From a virus (lineage: Duplodnaviria; Heunggongvirae; Uroviricota; Caudoviricetes): 20,853 nucleotides of DNA. The notes beneath the pieces were generated by a model. That model was not told the origin of the DNA, did not search any database, and saw only the letters and a program-made list of their open reading frames with translations. The stretch is taken from IMG/VR virus record IMGVR_UViG_2636415477_000002, positions 1 to 20,853 of that record; one strand, given 5' to 3'. Below, piece after piece: positions 1 to 8,555 of this stretch (positions within the stretch are counted from its first letter, which is position 1; every line of letters begins with the position of its first letter). Made by a program: the position numbers and the translations under genes.

Positions 1-8
1 GATTAAGC

Positions 9-140
9 ATGTCAGACAAACTCATAACGCTGGCGAAGATCCTCTGTGTAATTGTCGGCATTTCATTTTCACTAATGCTGGTTGCCATTTTCTTTTCCAC
101 CGCCTGGCGAGTCCTGACGTTATCGGGACTGGTGGGGTGA
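9..140 (+). CDS. Hypothetical small hydrophobic protein (43 aa, one predicted transmembrane segment); may instead be the C-terminal end of a longer ORF running off the window
   Basis: ATG at 9, TGA at 138-140, translation [43 protein letters not shown]. Below the 60-aa cutoff of the ORF track. The frame is open to the window edge, so the true start is uncertain. Confidence 0.25.
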   Translation: MSDKLITLAKILCVIVGISFSLMLVAIFFSTAWRVLTLSGLVG

Positions 141-147
141 AAGAGAG

Positions 148-642
148 ATGAGCCGTGTTCTGTGTGTGGTGATTATTGTCCTGGCGGGTGGCTGTGGTGC
201 GCTGTGGCTGGCAACAGACCATTACCGCGATAACGCCATCACCTACAAAGCGCAGCGCGATAAAAAAGCCAGAGAGCTGGAGCTGGCAAACGCCACCATT
301 ACTGATATGCAGGTGCGCCAGCGCGATGTTGCTGCGCTCGATGCAAAATACTCGAGGGAATTAGCCGATGCGAGAGCTGAAAATGAAACTCTGCGCGCTG
401 ACGTTGCCGCTGGTCGTAAGCGCCTGCGGATCAACGCCACCTGTCCAGGCTCCGTGCGTGAAGCCCCCACCACCTCCGGCGTGGATAATGCAACCGGCCC
501 CAGACTGGCAGACGCCGCTGAACGGGATTATTTCATCCTCAGAGAACGGTTGATGACAATGCAGAAGCAGCTGGAAGGGGCGCAGGAATATATCCGCACT
601 CAGTGCACTAAGCTGGCTTTTTATTATCCGGAGAATGCATGA
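148..642 (+). CDS. Rz: Rz inner-membrane spanin (i-spanin)
   Basis: 164 aa with an N-terminal TM segment; matches lambda Rz through motifs such as [15 protein letters not shown] and [19 protein letters not shown]. Start preceded by AAAGAGAG. Confidence 0.93.
   Translation: MSRVLCVVIIVLAGGCGALWLATDHYRDNAITYKAQRDKKARELELANATITDMQVRQRDVAALDAKYSRELADARAENETLRADVAAGRKRLRINATCPGSVREAPTTSGVDNATGPRLADAAERDYFILRERLMTMQKQLEGAQEYIRTQCTKLAFYYPENA
368..553 (+). CDS. Rz1: Rz1 outer-membrane lipoprotein spanin (o-spanin), embedded in the +1 frame of Rz
   Basis: Entirely inside Rz in another frame; lipoprotein signal with lipobox LVVSAC and the proline-rich [27 protein letters not shown] matching lambda Rz1. 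Alternative start at ATG 383 (MKLCAL...). Confidence 0.9.
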   Translation: MRELKMKLCALTLPLVVSACGSTPPVQAPCVKPPPPPAWIMQPAPDWQTPLNGIISSSENG

Positions 643-863
643 AGAAATTACTGGTAACCGTAAAGCCTTTTCAGGGAACAATTCCGTTCCGTATTTTGCA
701 GCGTGGTCGTGTTCTTGTTGAAGGTTCGTTCAGTGGTAAATGTACGCAATTACACTCCCGGACCTTTCAGGTGAATGCCACGAATGAAGAGCTAACCGTT
801 GAGTGTACGATGAATGCCGCTAAATGCCGCATGGTATCCGCTGCATTACAGCCAGTGTGTTGA
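639..863 (+). CDS. Hypothetical small protein (74 aa, basic, 4 Cys), translationally coupled to Rz
   Basis: ATG at 639 overlaps the Rz stop (ATGA). No signal peptide or TM segment evident. I do not recognise the protein. Sits where lambda carries bor and other morons. Confidence 0.4.
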   Translation: MKKLLVTVKPFQGTIPFRILQRGRVLVEGSFSGKCTQLHSRTFQVNATNEELTVECTMNAAKCRMVSAALQPVC

Positions 864-1074
864 GCGACCTTATTATCCATGCGCGGTATTGTCGCCGTAT
901 TCCTGCATTAACAGAGACCGCAGCCCGACCGGGAGACTCCTCTGCGCGAGTGTGCGGGGATAATCAAAAACGATACACACCGGGGTTTACCGCGTTAACG
1001 GAGCGTGGCGTTGTCCCCTCATGGTCGCTCGTCCGGTGCGATGGTGGAAGAAACTGGATTTTGTTGCAACTGAT

Positions 1075-1300
1075 AATCATTATCATTTTCTCGGGTCCTT
1101 TCCGGCGATCCGGGCCGTTACGGGGCGGCGACCTCGCGGGTTTTCGCTATTTATGAAAATTTTTCGGGAAAAAGCATGTCAGTTCTTCTTGTTGTTAACT
1201 TATTGTTTTTAAAGAAATAATCATCAAGAAAGAAACGACATCAGAACGCTGAAAAATCTGTCTTTTTTGGCATTTCATGTCGTAACTGATTTTTGATAAG
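1075..1300. other. cos: cos site (cosQ-like, cosN and cosB with R3/IHF/R2/R1-like elements)
   Basis: 1075-1122 resembles the lambda right end (GATAATCATTATCA...GGGTCCTTTCCGG-GATCCG...GTTACG); 1123 onward matches the lambda left end (GGGCGGCGACCTCGCGGGTTTTCGCTATTTATGAAAATTTT). Downstream, GTCAGTTCTTCTTG and AAGAAAGAAACGACA resemble gpNu1-binding R sites. Confidence 0.85.
1123..1134 (+). other. cosN: cosN cohesive-end sequence GGGCGGCGACCT (12-nt 5' overhang after terminase nicking)
   Basis: Exact match to the lambda 12-nt cohesive end as I recall it, flanked by lambda-like right-end and left-end sequence. Confidence 0.85.
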
Positions 1301-1310
1301 GAATTGCTGA

Positions 1311-1859
1311 ATGAATGTTAATAAAAAGAAGCTTGCTGAAATCTTTAATGTCGATATACGCACTATTGATCGCTGGCAAACTCAGGGGCTCCCTCAGATA
1401 TCTGGTGGAGGAAAAGGTGTTGAGGTCATCTTTGATTCTGCGAAGGCGATCGAATGGTATGCTCAGCGCGAAGCTGATATTGAAAATGAAAAACTCCGTA
1501 AAGAGGTCGAGGATTTGAGGGCTGCCAGCGAATCAGACCTTCAGCCCGGCACCATTGATTACGAACGTTACCGACTGACGAAGGCACAGGCAGATGCACA
1601 GGAACTGAAAAATGCCCGCGACAGTGGGCAGGTCATTGATACAGGGTTTTGCCTTTTTGCTCTGGGAAGACTGGCACAGGAGATCTCTGCCATTCTTGAC
1701 TCCATTCCATTGTCCATGCAGAGACAGTTTCCGGCACTGACGCCCGCTATGCTTGATTTCCTGAAAACCGATATAGCAAAGGCGGCAAACCGATGCGCAT
1801 CAACGGCAGAGAAGTTACCGGAGATGCTGGATGAATACCTCAGAGAAGCAGCTAAATAA
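1311..1859 (+). CDS. nu1: Terminase small subunit
   Basis: 182 aa; N-terminal winged-helix region and [41 protein letters not shown] match lambda gpNu1; sits directly downstream of cosB. Confidence 0.95.
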   Translation: MNVNKKKLAEIFNVDIRTIDRWQTQGLPQISGGGKGVEVIFDSAKAIEWYAQREADIENEKLRKEVEDLRAASESDLQPGTIDYERYRLTKAQADAQELKNARDSGQVIDTGFCLFALGRLAQEISAILDSIPLSMQRQFPALTPAMLDFLKTDIAKAANRCASTAEKLPEMLDEYLREAAK

Positions 1860-3759
1860 CTTTGCTGTTGTTTGTGGAGTGGCACTTCGTGGGCTTTTAC
1901 GCCCACTGCCTGTAACCACCGTTGAATGGGCCGATCAAAATTATTATTTGCCCCCGGAGTCCTCTTATCTTGCTGGGCGGTGGAAGACGTTGCCCTTTCA
2001 GGTGGCAATAATGAACTGCATGGGTAATGACCGGATCCGCACAATTAATCTTATAAAATCAGCTCGAGTCGGTTACACCAAAATGCTGATGGGCGTTATT
2101 GGTTACTTTATTGAGCATAAAAACCGTAACAGTCTTCTGTTTCAGCCTACGGATTCTGCCGCTGAAGATTTTATGAAGTCTCATGTGGAGTCAACATTAC
2201 GGGATGTTCCCTGTCTGAAAATTCTTTCCCCCTGGCTGGGGCGTAAGCACCGGGATAACACACTGACATTAAAAAGATTCACGTCCCGTGTGGGGTTCTG
2301 GTGCCTGGGTGGTGCTGCCGCCAAAAACTACCGTGAAAAATCCGTGGACGTGGTCTGCTATGACGAACTTTCCTCGTTCGAGCCGGATGTCGAAAAAGAG
2401 GGCTCGCCAACCCTGCTGGGGGATAAGCGTATTGAGGGCTCGGTATGGCCAAAATCCATTCGCGGCTCGACGCCTAAAATAAAAGGCTCCTGCCAGATCG
2501 AAAAAGCGGCCAACGAGTCGGCGCATTTCATGCGTTTTTATGTGCCCTGCCCACACTGTGGGGAGGCGCAGTATCTGAAATTTGGCGATGAGTCCACGCC
2601 TTTTGGCCTTAAATGGGAGAAGGACAGTCCAGAAAGTGTTTTCTACCTCTGTGAACATCATGGCTGCGTGATCCATCAGTCTGATCTTGACCAGAGCAAC
2701 GGGCGGTGGATCTGTGAAAACACGGGCATGTGGACCCGTGACGGCCTGACGTTTTTCAGCGCTGCGGGTAATGAAATTCCGCCGCCGCGCTCCATCACAT
2801 TCCATATCTGGACGGCGTACAGTCCGTTCACCACCTGGGTACAGATTGTCTATGACTGGCTGGATGCACTGAAAGATCCCAACGGCCTGAAAACCTTTGT
2901 GAACACCACGCTGGGCGAGACCTGGGAAGAGGCCGTGGGCGAAAAACTCGATCACCAGGTGCTGATGGATAAGGTTGTGCGTTACACGGCTGCGGTGCCT
3001 TCCCGGGTGGTTTATCTGACGGCGGGCATTGACTCGCAGCGAAACCGTTTTGAGATGTATGTCTGGGGATGGGCTCCGGGAGAGGAAGCCTTTCTGGTGG
3101 ATAAAATCATCATTATGGGGCGTCCCGATGAGGAAGAGACGCTGTTACGTGTGGATGTGGCGATCAACAAAAAATACCGCCATGCAGACGGAACCGAAAT
3201 GACCATTTCCCGTGTCTGCTGGGACACCGGAGGGATCGATGGCGAAATTGTCTATCAGAGGTCAAAAAAACACGGTGTTTTCCGGGTGCTGCCGGTAAAA
3301 GGTGCATCTGTTTATGGCAAGCCGGTGATCACCATGCCAAAAACCCGCAATCAGCGGGGCGTGTATCTGTGCGAAGTGGGGACGGACACCGCAAAAGAAA
3401 TTCTCTATGCCCGTATGAAAGCCGATCCCACGCCTGCGGATGAAGCCACGTCGTATGCCATCCGTTTTCCTGATGATCCGGAGATTTTTTCGCAGACAGA
3501 GGCGCAGCAACTGGTCGCGGAAGAGCTTGTGGAGAAGTGGGAAAAAGGAAAGATGCGTCTGCTGTGGGATAACAAAAAGCGGCGTAACGAAGCGCTGGAC
3601 TGCCTGGTGTATGCCTACGCGGCATTACGTGTGTCCGTGCAACGCTGGCAGCTTGATCTGGCTGTACTGGCAAAATCCCGGGAAGAAGAGACGACCCGGC
3701 CAACCCTTAAAGAACTGGCAGCGAAGCTGTCCGGAGGAGTGAATGGTTACAGTCGCTGA
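1831..3759 (+). CDS. A: Terminase large subunit (ATPase/endonuclease)
   Basis: 642 aa, collinear with lambda gpA ([54 protein letters not shown]); start overlaps the end of nu1. Confidence 0.97.
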   Translation: MNTSEKQLNNFAVVCGVALRGLLRPLPVTTVEWADQNYYLPPESSYLAGRWKTLPFQVAIMNCMGNDRIRTINLIKSARVGYTKMLMGVIGYFIEHKNRNSLLFQPTDSAAEDFMKSHVESTLRDVPCLKILSPWLGRKHRDNTLTLKRFTSRVGFWCLGGAAAKNYREKSVDVVCYDELSSFEPDVEKEGSPTLLGDKRIEGSVWPKSIRGSTPKIKGSCQIEKAANESAHFMRFYVPCPHCGEAQYLKFGDESTPFGLKWEKDSPESVFYLCEHHGCVIHQSDLDQSNGRWICENTGMWTRDGLTFFSAAGNEIPPPRSITFHIWTAYSPFTTWVQIVYDWLDALKDPNGLKTFVNTTLGETWEEAVGEKLDHQVLMDKVVRYTAAVPSRVVYLTAGIDSQRNRFEMYVWGWAPGEEAFLVDKIIIMGRPDEEETLLRVDVAINKKYRHADGTEMTISRVCWDTGGIDGEIVYQRSKKHGVFRVLPVKGASVYGKPVITMPKTRNQRGVYLCEVGTDTAKEILYARMKADPTPADEATSYAIRFPDDPEIFSQTEAQQLVAEELVEKWEKGKMRLLWDNKKRRNEALDCLVYAYAALRVSVQRWQLDLAVLAKSREEETTRPTLKELAAKLSGGVNGYSR

Positions 3760-3949
3760 ACTGCAGGCGCTGCGTCAGGCGCGCCTTGATTTATTAACCG
3801 GTAAACGGGTGGTGTCTGTCCAGAAAGATGGTCGCAGAATTGAATATACGGCGGCTTCTCTGGATGAGCTTAACCGGGCGATCAATGATGCGGAGTCGGT
3901 ACTGGGGACAACCCGGCGTCGCCGTCGTCCGCTGGGAGTGAGGTTATGA
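3743..3949 (+). CDS. W: Head-tail joining protein
   Basis: 68 aa; LLTGKRVVSVQKDGRRIEYTA and the arginine-rich C-terminus match lambda gpW; GGAGGA precedes the start. Confidence 0.93.
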   Translation: MVTVAELQALRQARLDLLTGKRVVSVQKDGRRIEYTAASLDELNRAINDAESVLGTTRRRRRPLGVRL

Positions 3950-5538
3950 AACGAACGCCTGTCCTGATTGATGTGAACGGCGTTCCGCTTCGTGAGAGTC
4001 TCAGCTACAACGGGGGCGGTGCAGGATTTGGCGGGCAAATGGCTGAGTGGTTGCCACCGGCGCAGAGTGCCGATGCGGCCCTGCTACCCGCGTTGCGTCT
4101 GGGGAATGCCCGGGCAGATGATCTGGTGCGCAATAACGGAATAGCGGCTAATGCGGTGGCTCTGCATAAGGATCACATTGTCGGGCATATGTTTCTGATC
4201 AGCTACCGTCCGAACTGGCGCTGGCTGGGGATGCGGGAGACCGCAGCAAAAAGCTTTGTCGATGAGGTGGAGGCGGCCTGGTCGGAATACGCCGAAGGGA
4301 TGTTTGGCGAGATCGACGTGGAAGGAAAACGCACGTTCACGGAATTTATCCGTGAAGGTGTGGGCGTTCATGCGTTTAACGGCGAAATCTTTGTGCAGCC
4401 GGTCTGGGATACGGAAACCACGCAGTTATTCCGTACGCGTTTTAAAGCCGTGAGTCCGAAACGGGTGGACACGCCTGGACACGGTATGGGGAACCGTTTT
4501 CTGCGGGCCGGTGTGGAGGTCGATCGATATGGCCGTGCCGTCGCGTACCATATTTGTGAGGATGATTTTCCGTTCTCTGGTAGTGGACGATGGGAACGGA
4601 TCCCGCGTGAACTTCCCACCGGACGTCCGGCCATGCTGCATATTTTCGAGCCGGTGGAGGACGGGCAGACCCGTGGGGCTAATCAGTTTTACAGCGTCAT
4701 GGAACGGCTGAAGATGCTCGATTCCCTGCAGGCAACACAGCTTCAGTCGGCCATAGTGAAGGCGATGTATGCAGCGACGATTGAAAGTGAACTTGATACC
4801 GAAAAGGCCTTTGAATATATCGCCGGTGCGCCGCAGGGGCAGAAGGATAATCCGCTTATTAATATTCTGGATAAGTTCTCCACCTGGTATGACACGAATA
4901 TCGTGACGCTGGGCGGTGTCAAAATTCCGCACCTTTTCCCCGGTGATGATCTGAAACTTCAGACCGCGCAGGATTCAGACAATGGATTTTCGGCGCTTGA
5001 ACAGGCGCTGCTGCGGTATATCGCTGCCGGTCTTGGCGTTTCCTACGAACAGTTGTCCCGTGATTACTCGAAGGTCAGTTATTCAAGTGCCCGCGCATCC
5101 GCCAATGAGTCGTGGCGCTATTTTATGGGGCGGCGAAAATTTATTGCGTCCCGGCTGGCCACGCAGATGTTTTCCTGCTGGCTGGAAGAGGCACTTCTTC
5201 GGGGGATTATTCGTCCGCCACGGGCACGTTTTGATTTTTATCAGGCGCGATCAGCCTGGTCACGGGCTGAGTGGATTGGAGCCGGAAGAATGGCCATTGA
5301 CGGGCTCAAGGAGGTTCAGGAATCAGTGATGCGCATTGAGGCCGGACTGAGCACGTATGAGAAAGAGCTGGCGCTGATGGGCGAGGATTATCAGGACATT
5401 TTCCGCCAGCAGGTCAGGGAATCTGCAGAGCGGGAAAAAGCCGGACTCTCACGTCCGGTGTGGATAGCGCAGGCGTATCAGCAGCAGATAGCGGAGAGTC
5501 GCAGGCCGGAAGAGGAGACAACACCACGTGAGACGTAA
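3946..5538 (+). CDS. B: Portal protein
   Basis: 530 aa, collinear with lambda gpB (GNARADDLVRNNG, FEPVEDGQTRGAN-FYSVME, LQSAIVKAMYAATIESELDT, LLRYIAAGLGVSYEQLSR). ATGA overlap with W. Confidence 0.97.
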   Translation: MKRTPVLIDVNGVPLRESLSYNGGGAGFGGQMAEWLPPAQSADAALLPALRLGNARADDLVRNNGIAANAVALHKDHIVGHMFLISYRPNWRWLGMRETAAKSFVDEVEAAWSEYAEGMFGEIDVEGKRTFTEFIREGVGVHAFNGEIFVQPVWDTETTQLFRTRFKAVSPKRVDTPGHGMGNRFLRAGVEVDRYGRAVAYHICEDDFPFSGSGRWERIPRELPTGRPAMLHIFEPVEDGQTRGANQFYSVMERLKMLDSLQATQLQSAIVKAMYAATIESELDTEKAFEYIAGAPQGQKDNPLINILDKFSTWYDTNIVTLGGVKIPHLFPGDDLKLQTAQDSDNGFSALEQALLRYIAAGLGVSYEQLSRDYSKVSYSSARASANESWRYFMGRRKFIASRLATQMFSCWLEEALLRGIIRPPRARFDFYQARSAWSRAEWIGAGRMAIDGLKEVQESVMRIEAGLSTYEKELALMGEDYQDIFRQQVRESAEREKAGLSRPVWIAQAYQQQIAESRRPEEETTPRET

Positions 5539-7033
5539 TCTTTCACACATTATTGCAGCAGCATTCAATGAACCGCTGCTTCTGGAGCCCGCCTATGCGC
5601 GGGTTTTCTTTTGCGCGCTCGGGCGCGAGATGGGGGCAGCAAGTCTTTCGGTACCACAACAGCAGGTACAGCTTGATGCACCCGGAATGCTGGCTGAAAC
5701 GGACGAGTACATGGCCGGAGGTAAACGACCGGCCCGTGTTTACCGGGTGGTGAACGGTATTGCTGTACTGCCGGTCACAGGCACGCTGGTGCACCGGCTG
5801 GGGGGTATGCGGCCATTTTCCGGAATGACAGGCTATGACGGCATTGTCGCCTGTCTTCAGCAGGCAATGGCGGATAGCCAGGTGCGGGGTGTACTGCTGG
5901 ACATTGACAGTCCGGGCGGGCAGGCCGCCGGTGCGTTTGACTGTGCTGACATGATTTACCGCCTCCGTCAGCAGAAGCCGGTCTGGGCACTGTGCAATGA
6001 CACGGCCTGTTCTGCAGCCATGCTGCTGGCGTCGGCCTGCTCCCGACGGCTGGTTACCCAGACATCCCGTATCGGCTCCATTGGCGTGATGATGAGCCAT
6101 GTCAGCTATGCCGGTCATCTGGCGCAGGCCGGTGTGGATATCACGCTGATTTACTCAGGGGCGCACAAGGTGGATGGCAATCAGTTTGAAGCGTTGCCGG
6201 AAGAGGTTCGCCAGGACATGCAGCAGCGGATTGATGCGGCGCGCCGGATGTTTGCCGAAAAAGTGGCGATGTATACCGGTCTGTCTGTTGATGCAGTCAC
6301 GGGAACAGAGGCCGCCGTTTTTGAAGGTCAGTCCGGCATTGAGGCCGGGCTGGCGGATGAATTAATCAATGCGTCGGATGCCATCAGCGTGATGGCTGCG
6401 GCGCTGAACACACATGATACAGGAGGCACTATGCCGCAATTAACTGCAACGGAAGCTGCCGCGCAGGAGAACCAGCGAGTGATGGGGATCCTGACGTGTC
6501 AGGAAGCGAAAGGACGTGAACACCTTGCCACGATGCTGGCAGGACAACAGGGCATGAGCGTTGAACAGGCCCGGGCGATTCTGACCGCGGCAGCACCACA
6601 GCAGCTGGTGGCATCCACGCAGAGTGAAGCCGATCGCATTATGGCGTGTGAAGAAGCTAAAGGTCGTGAACAACTGGCGGCAACGCTGGCGGCGATGCCG
6701 GAGATGACGGTGGAAAAAGCCCGCCCGATCCTGGCGGCTTCACCGCAGGCGGATGCCGGACCCTCACTCCGTGATCAGATTATGGCTCTGGATGAGGCAA
6801 AAGGGGCTGAGGCGCAGGCTGAAAAACTGGCGGCGTTTCCCGGAATGACGGTGGAGGCTGCCCGCGACATTCTGTCCTCATCGCCGGATAAAGCAGAACC
6901 GGTTTCTGCATCCACAACCGCCATGTTTGAACGCATCATGGCGAACCATTCACCGGCAGCCGTGCAGGGTGGCGTGTCACAGACGTCGGCAGACGGTGAT
7001 GCGGACGTGAAAATGCTCATGGCCATGCCATGA
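5528..7033 (+). CDS. C: Head maturation protease (S49/ClpP-like), with the scaffold region in its C-terminal part
   Basis: N-terminal two-thirds matches lambda gpC (AFNEPLLLEPAYARVFFCAL, NGIAVLPV-GTL, SRRLVTQTSRIGSIGVMM). The most upstream in-frame start is GTG 5528. About 60 aa longer than lambda gpC because of a repeated C-terminal motif. Confidence 0.93.
   Translation: MRRNLSHIIAAAFNEPLLLEPAYARVFFCALGREMGAASLSVPQQQVQLDAPGMLAETDEYMAGGKRPARVYRVVNGIAVLPVTGTLVHRLGGMRPFSGMTGYDGIVACLQQAMADSQVRGVLLDIDSPGGQAAGAFDCADMIYRLRQQKPVWALCNDTACSAAMLLASACSRRLVTQTSRIGSIGVMMSHVSYAGHLAQAGVDITLIYSGAHKVDGNQFEALPEEVRQDMQQRIDAARRMFAEKVAMYTGLSVDAVTGTEAAVFEGQSGIEAGLADELINASDAISVMAAALNTHDTGGTMPQLTATEAAAQENQRVMGILTCQEAKGREHLATMLAGQQGMSVEQARAILTAAAPQQLVASTQSEADRIMACEEAKGREQLAATLAAMPEMTVEKARPILAASPQADAGPSLRDQIMALDEAKGAEAQAEKLAAFPGMTVEAARDILSSSPDKAEPVSASTTAMFERIMANHSPAAVQGGVSQTSADGDADVKMLMAMP
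6431..7033 (+). CDS. nu3: Scaffolding protein, in-frame internal initiation within C
   Basis: AGGAGG at 6421-6426 followed by an in-frame ATG at 6431; lambda Nu3 is likewise nested in the 3' part of C; downstream motif MGIL-C-EA-GRE matches lambda Nu3. The exact start is inferred. Confidence 0.6.
   Translation: MPQLTATEAAAQENQRVMGILTCQEAKGREHLATMLAGQQGMSVEQARAILTAAAPQQLVASTQSEADRIMACEEAKGREQLAATLAAMPEMTVEKARPILAASPQADAGPSLRDQIMALDEAKGAEAQAEKLAAFPGMTVEAARDILSSSPDKAEPVSASTTAMFERIMANHSPAAVQGGVSQTSADGDADVKMLMAMP
6470..6950 (+). repeat. Three degenerate tandem copies (about 140-160 bp each) of the scaffold motif R-IM--EAKG-E-LA--LA--P-MTVE-AR-IL---P, plus a fourth partial start
   Basis: Protein-level repeats RVMGILTCQEAKGREHLATMLAGQQGMSVEQARAILTAAAPQ / RIMACEEAKGREQLAATLAAMPEMTVEKARPILAASPQ / QIMALDEAKGAEAQAEKLAAFPGMTVEAARDILSSSPD, then RIMANH. 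Confidence 0.6.
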
Positions 7034-7069
7034 AGTCAGTGCTGACCATCAATATGAGGTTTTTACAAT

Positions 7070-7417
7070 ATGGTAACGAAAACCATCACTGAACAACGTG
7101 CAGAAGTACGTATTTTTGCCGGTAATGATCCGGCTCATACCGCCACAGGCAGCAGCGGGATTTCTCAGGCAACACCGGCACTGACGCCCCTGATGCTGGA
7201 TGAAGCCAGCGGGAAACTGGTGGTCTGGGACGGACAGAAAGCCGGTAGTGCGGCTGGCATACTGGTACTGCCGCTTGAAGGCACAGAGACGGTGCTGACG
7301 TATTACAAGTCGGGGACCTTTGCGACGGAGGCAATCCGCTGGCCTGAAAGTGTGGATGAACACAAAAAGGCCAACGCCTTTGTCGGCACAGCCCTGAGTC
7401 ACGCGGCGCTGCCGTAA
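7070..7417 (+). CDS. D: Head decoration protein
   Basis: 115 aa; DPAHTAT, TPLMLD, KLVVWDG, YKSGTF match lambda gpD. Confidence 0.93.
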   Translation: MVTKTITEQRAEVRIFAGNDPAHTATGSSGISQATPALTPLMLDEASGKLVVWDGQKAGSAAGILVLPLEGTETVLTYYKSGTFATEAIRWPESVDEHKKANAFVGTALSHAALP

Positions 7418-7474
7418 CACGTTATCAGGCCACCGCGTTGGCCTGACTGATTTCTGAATGAAAGGAACTGATTT

Positions 7475-8503
7475 ATGGGATTGTTTACGACCCGCCAGTT
7501 ACTCGGTTATACCGAACAAAAAGTGAAATTTCGTGCGCTGTTTCTGGAACTGTTTTTCCGCCGTACGGTGAATTTCCACACCGAAGAGGTGATGCTGGAC
7601 AAAATTACCGGAAAAACGCCGGTGGCAGCCTATGTCTCCCCGGTTGTTGAAGGAAAAGTGCTGCGTCATCGTGGTGGTGAAACCCGTGTGTTACGTCCGG
7701 GCTACGTCAAGCCCAAACACGAATTTAATTACCAGCAGGCGGTGGAGCGCCTTCCCGGTGAAGATCCGGCGCAGCTGAACGACCCGACCTACCGTCGTCT
7801 GCGTATCATCACCGATAACCTCAAACAGGAAGAGCACGCCATTGTCCAGGTGGAAGAAATGCAGGCGGTGAATGCCGTGCTGTATGGCAAATACACCATG
7901 GAAGGAGACCAGTTCGAGAAAATTGAGGTTGATTTTGGCAGATCGACAAAGAATAACATCATACAGGGTAGCGGTAAGGAGTGGTCAAAACAGGACCGTG
8001 ACACGTTCGACCCGACATATGATATCGACCTTTTCTGTGATCAGGCCAGCGGTCTTGTGAATATTGCCATCATGGACGGTACCGTCTGGCGTCTGCTGAA
8101 TGGCTTTAAGCTGTTCCGCGAAAAACTGGATACCCGTCGCGGCTCAAATTCACAACTCGAAACGGCAGTGAAAGACCTGGGGTCGGTGGTGTCTTTCAAG
8201 GGGTATTACGGTGATCTGGCCATTGTGGTGGCGAAAACGTCTTATGTGGCAGAGGACGGTACCGAAAAACGTTATCTGCCGGAGGGCACGCTGGTCCTGG
8301 GAAATACGGCTGCTGAGGGCATCCGTTGCTATGGTGCCATTCAGGATGCGCAGGCGTTGTCCGAAGGTGTGGTGGCCTCTTCCCGTTATCCGAAACACTG
8401 GATGACCGTGGGCGATCCGGCCCGTGAATTCACCATGACGCAGTCCGCTCCGCTGATGGTGCTGCCGGATCCGGATGAGTTTGTGGTGGTACAGGTGAAA
8501 TAA
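7475..8503 (+). CDS. E: Major capsid protein
   Basis: 342 aa, collinear with lambda gpE (PGYVKPKHE, VEEMQAV-AVL-GKYTM, KLDTRRGSNS-LETAVKDLG, GDPAREFTMTQSAPLM-L-DPDEFV). Confidence 0.97.
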   Translation: MGLFTTRQLLGYTEQKVKFRALFLELFFRRTVNFHTEEVMLDKITGKTPVAAYVSPVVEGKVLRHRGGETRVLRPGYVKPKHEFNYQQAVERLPGEDPAQLNDPTYRRLRIITDNLKQEEHAIVQVEEMQAVNAVLYGKYTMEGDQFEKIEVDFGRSTKNNIIQGSGKEWSKQDRDTFDPTYDIDLFCDQASGLVNIAIMDGTVWRLLNGFKLFREKLDTRRGSNSQLETAVKDLGSVVSFKGYYGDLAIVVAKTSYVAEDGTEKRYLPEGTLVLGNTAAEGIRCYGAIQDAQALSEGVVASSRYPKHWMTVGDPAREFTMTQSAPLMVLPDPDEFVVVQVK

Positions 8504-8511
8504 TCCGTGAG

Positions 8512-8540
8512 CGGGGGCGAAATGCCCCCGTGTCTTTTTT
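8512..8540 (+). terminator. Intrinsic-terminator-like hairpin plus T-run immediately downstream of E
   Basis: CGGGGGC (8512-8518), loop GAAAT, GCCCCCG (8524-8530), then TTTTTT (8535-8540). Confidence 0.55.
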
Positions 8541-8555
8541 CACAGGGGGCTGGAT

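Noticed and set aside
2-151. Frame open from the window edge to a TGA overlapping the Rz ATG, as a candidate endolysin C-terminus
   Set aside because: The ATGA overlap mimics the lambda R/Rz junction, but the translation ([30 protein letters not shown]...) looks unlike an endolysin C-terminus. Not fully excluded without upstream sequence.
176-473. Short ORFs nested in Rz (176-364 on +, 243-473 on -)
   Set aside because: Out-of-frame overlaps within Rz with no supporting signals; only the Rz1 frame (368-553) has lipoprotein and proline-rich features that match a known embedded gene.
824-1212. + strand ORFs 824-1156 (110 aa) and 1021-1212 (63 aa)
   Set aside because: They run through cosQ, cosN and cosB, have no ribosome-binding site, and translate to low-complexity sequence (for example LLQLIIIIIF); the region is better explained as the non-coding packaging site.
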